DNA from: Malacoraja senta
Lineage: Eukaryota
Direction: 5' to 3'
Length of the DNA stretch: 64,000 nt
Assembly: GCA_038087875.1 (NCBI GenBank)
Contig: CM075989.1
Span: forward strand, 2,666,001-2,730,000
Of the stretch, positions 60,764 to 64,000 are shown piece after piece. Made by a program: the position numbers and the translations under genes. Positions within the stretch are counted from its first letter, which is position 1, and each line of letters starts with the position of its first letter. The notes beneath the pieces are model-generated. The model was not told the origin of the DNA, did no database searches, and worked only from the letters and a program-made list of their open reading frames with translations.

Positions 60764-61610
60764 AGCGCCAGAGATCCGGGTTCAATCCTGACTATAGGTG
60801 CTGTCTGTACGGAGTTTGTACGTTCTCCCCTTGACCTGTGTGGGCTTTCTCCCGGATCTCCGGTTTCCTCCCACACTCCAAAGACGTACAGGATTGTAGG
60901 TTAATTTGGCTTCTGTAATCTGGGACACATGACAATAAACTCTCTTGACTTGTCTCGACTTGACCTCTCAACCTCTCTTTGCCTGCAAGACATTTGTTAA
61001 CACCCACCTCCAAATGACATGGATTTACAGAGAATTCCCTTTGTTCACTATATATGAAAGGCTCTGCATAAACACAGGACATAGAACAGCAGCACAGGAA
61101 CGCAGCCTTTGGCCCACAATGTCTGTGCCGAACATGATGCCAAGATAAGCTCTTACCCATACAATATCCAGATCACTCCATTTCCTGCATATCCATACGC
61201 CGATCCAAAAGTCTCTTAAACACCACTATCGTATCTGCCTCCACCACTGCCCCCAGCAACATGTTCCAGGCATTCGCCACCCTCTGTGTAAGTACTTGCC
61301 CCATACATCTCCATTAACCTATACCCCTTTTCCCCTTGCATGTTGTGTTGCTGAGTGTTACATGCATATTTGGTTATGCGCTGGCAAAACGAAGGTTTGC
61401 AGGGTGGAGAGTGTGCTGAAACAATCATGATACAATCAGCACTCAAAGAAGAAGAACAAGCAAAGTAAATTTAAATTCAGAAAAAGTACATTTGAAACTC
61501 ATACTTGTAAGTTATGTTTCCAAGTGTTTCTTGACTTTGTTTTTTTCGTGTGAGAAAGAAGCAGATGACTCTGGGTGACACAACATTGCAGCAGTAGAGT
61601 TGCTGCCTTA

Positions 61611-63421
61611 AAGGGCTGTCTCACTGTGCGAGTTGACCCACGTGTGACCCCGAGTTTAAAACAAATTTAACTCGTGGTAATCATGTACAATTAACGTAGC
61701 GGGAACGTCGGAACTCGTGGACGCAACTTAGCGACTCGTGGCGCTAACGGGAGGTACACGTGAAACTTGTTAACTCTTGAAAAAGTTCAAACATGTTTGT
61801 ACTTTTCCACGAGTAAAATGTACTCTTGTGGTTAAAAATTGAAACAGTTAAACTCGTTGTAAGAACGTAGTGGCCCGTGCGTTTACCTTTGTGACTCATG
61901 AGTCTACCGTGGGAACTCTTTTTAGAAACAATAATCAGGGACAGAAATATCAGTTACTTCGACTTTTTAAAGACAAATTCTGCTTAACAAAGTTAAGCAA
62001 GTTATTGATAAGGTGACAGAGTGGGTTGAAAAGAAAAAATTGCTTGAAGTTTATATATAAATTTGTGTTGTGTTGTGTTGAAAAGCTTTTTGCTGATCCG
62101 TTTGATTCTCACTGTTTGTTTACTTCATTGCACAATAAAAGAGAGTTCTTTGCTATCAAGATCAAATTGATGTCTGGAAGTCTTCATTTTAATATCACTA
62201 CAAAGTCTCATGACTTGAATGTAATATTCCTTTCATCATAAAACACAAAATAGAGGAAGGCAAAATATATTCACATCTTGATTCTCACAATCATTTGTGA
62301 GATTTAAGGACTCAGCTGCCTCATATGCTGTGCTTTTTAAATGTTTAAAATTGTCACCTCTCAGTAGATCAGAAAATAAGACAAAGTCTTATGTGAAACA
62401 AATGTCTTGAATGTGAAACAAAGTCTTTATTCTTGTTCAATATAAAAAACGCTTTTTTGCGCATATTGAGAAAAGTAGCACCACAGCAAACAACACAGTG
62501 GTCTGTAAAAGGGCTTCTCATACATGAAAATCAACAAATGAAGCACAAATAAAAGTATTTCCAATATATACTAATTCAGCTGAGAAATGCACTAGTCTAA
62601 ATTCAGGCAATAAAAGATACAATGCAATGCGCTAAATGACAAGTTTTGAGATCTACAATCAGATAAGCAGATGCATGATAACCACGTTTTAAAGGAAAGA
62701 CAGATGCAATGAAATTACTTTTACACCACAATAAAAAATAAAATCCACACTTAAAGTTAAACAATGAAAAGTCAGCAGGATTTAAACTAAACATGAAATT
62801 AACTGGATTTTTCTGCATGTGGGCTCTCCTCATGCAGTGATGTACCTGTGGTCGGCAGCCGCTCAAAATAAGCTGTCCTGCCACGGCACACTGCCCAATT
62901 CTGAATTATAGTAGGAGCAGAGATGGTCTCTCTGCTCTTTTGCACTGTTGGTCCCCGTGTTACCTCGAAAACACTGCAGTGGCACCAAAGTCTCGTCGTT
63001 TGTACCACTCCTCCACGCACCTAGTGTTATTCTCCCTGTTTGACTGTCCACTAAGTCACCGTCCTGCATGGCTGTTGCTGATTCTGAAGCTGCACCTCTG
63101 ATACGGATCAGGTTGTGCAGAACACATGCAACAAACACAATAGTCTCTACGTTCTTTGGCTGGCATGACATCATTTTTTTAACATGTGATGATTTTTCAA
63201 CACTTCGATATACATTGTTGCCTCAAGATTAACGGGAGAGGAGCTTGGTAACTCGGGAGAGGAACTTGGAACATCGCAGAAATGAGAAGTAAACAGGAAA
63301 CTTAGACATACCCGTGGGAACTCGGTTAAACTCTGGATCATAAACTTGTAGTCTCGTACGCAACCACGAGTCTTTCACTCGGGGTCACTCGTGGGTTAAC
63401 TCGCACAGTGAGACAGACCTT
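61611..63421 (-). mobile_element. Internally deleted PIF/Harbinger transposon (1.8 kb) inserted in a SINE head
   Basis: 45-bp TIRs with 3 mismatches; TTA TSD at 61608-61610 and 63422-63424; transposase remnant inside. Confidence 0.92.
62863..63174 (-). pseudogene. Harbinger transposase C-terminal remnant
   Basis: VETIVFVACVLHNLIR...AKEQRDHLCSYYNSELGSVPWQ is typical of PIF/Harbinger transposase C-termini; the catalytic core is absent. Confidence 0.85.
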
Positions 63422-63592
63422 TTACAACGCCAGAGACCCGGGTATGATCCTGACTACGGGTGCTGTCTGTACGGAGTTTGTACACTCCCCTTGTGACTGC
63501 GGGGGTTTACTCCGGGTGCTCCGGTTTCCTCCCACATCCCAAAGACGTGCAGGTTGTTAGATTAATTGGCTTTGGTAATGTGTAATTAAATA

Positions 63593-64000
63593 ATTTATTA
63601 GCCAAGTATGTAAACATACAAGGAATTAGATTTGCCGACAGTCAGACAAAAAGGCAACAAGATACCTAACCACATGAAAATTAAACATAGACTTAAACAG
63701 CCACCACAGCGGCGTGTGAGAATCCCCAGGGCACACAGCATAAGCGGTGACCCACAGCCAACAGTTCAATGTCCGGGCCACACACACGCTCCGTCACCGT
63801 GATGTGACCAGAGCTGTACCGACCGCTACCACTCTCTCTGCAGTCCCTGTCCGCCCGAACATTCAGAAAGCCGTCAGCACTTGCACCAGACTCCGGGATG
63901 TCCTCATGGAGCCATGTCCCTGCAAACACCGAGATCACTGCACTCACGGCACTCCCCCCGCGACCCCACCAGCACAGGCAGCACGTCCTGCGAAATCATG
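63593..64000 (-). mobile_element. Rex1/Babar-like remnant: degenerate endonuclease segment joined directly to a 3' tail
   Basis: VFAGTWLHEDIP...GFLNVRADRD...CGPDIELLAV resembles the Rex1 APE N-terminus; tail ttccttgtatgtttacatacttggctaataaa. Confidence 0.6.

Noticed and set aside
62863..63174. Domesticated HARBI1-like host gene
   Set aside because: It sits between TIRs with a TTA TSD and lacks the catalytic core, so it is a transposon remnant.

Overview
This is eukaryotic, repeat-dense vertebrate genomic DNA, not prokaryotic. The dominant repeat is a ~300-bp tRNA-derived SINE (about 35 copies or fragments) that resembles the elasmobranch HE1/V-SINE and shares its tail with CR1 LINEs, so a cartilaginous fish (shark, skate or ray) is the inferred source. 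No host gene can be identified; there are only a few weak minus-strand exon candidates, and the window looks intronic or intergenic. Supported content: one near-full-length but inactivated CR1 LINE (intact zinc-finger/esterase ORF1; endonuclease-RT ORF2 with a stop and frameshifts), many CR1, Rex1/Babar, Tx1, L1-like and RTE-like fragments, a Gypsy LTR with PBS and gag start, Penelope-like GIY-YIG remnants, a set of PIF/Harbinger MITEs with one transposase-fragment derivative, and microsatellites. The most notable observations are: (1) TSD-flanked fold-back mini-elements whose symmetry centre sits at a Penelope hammerhead-ribozyme motif; (2) a ~0.9-kb non-autonomous retroelement whose shared body carries either an L2-type or a Rex1-type tail; (3) two different Harbinger elements inserted at the same position in the SINE tRNA head; (4) a 394-bp locally templated insertion with a fold-back junction and a 32-bp flanking duplication. 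Family names come from recalled motifs, not database searches, and novelty could not be tested here.
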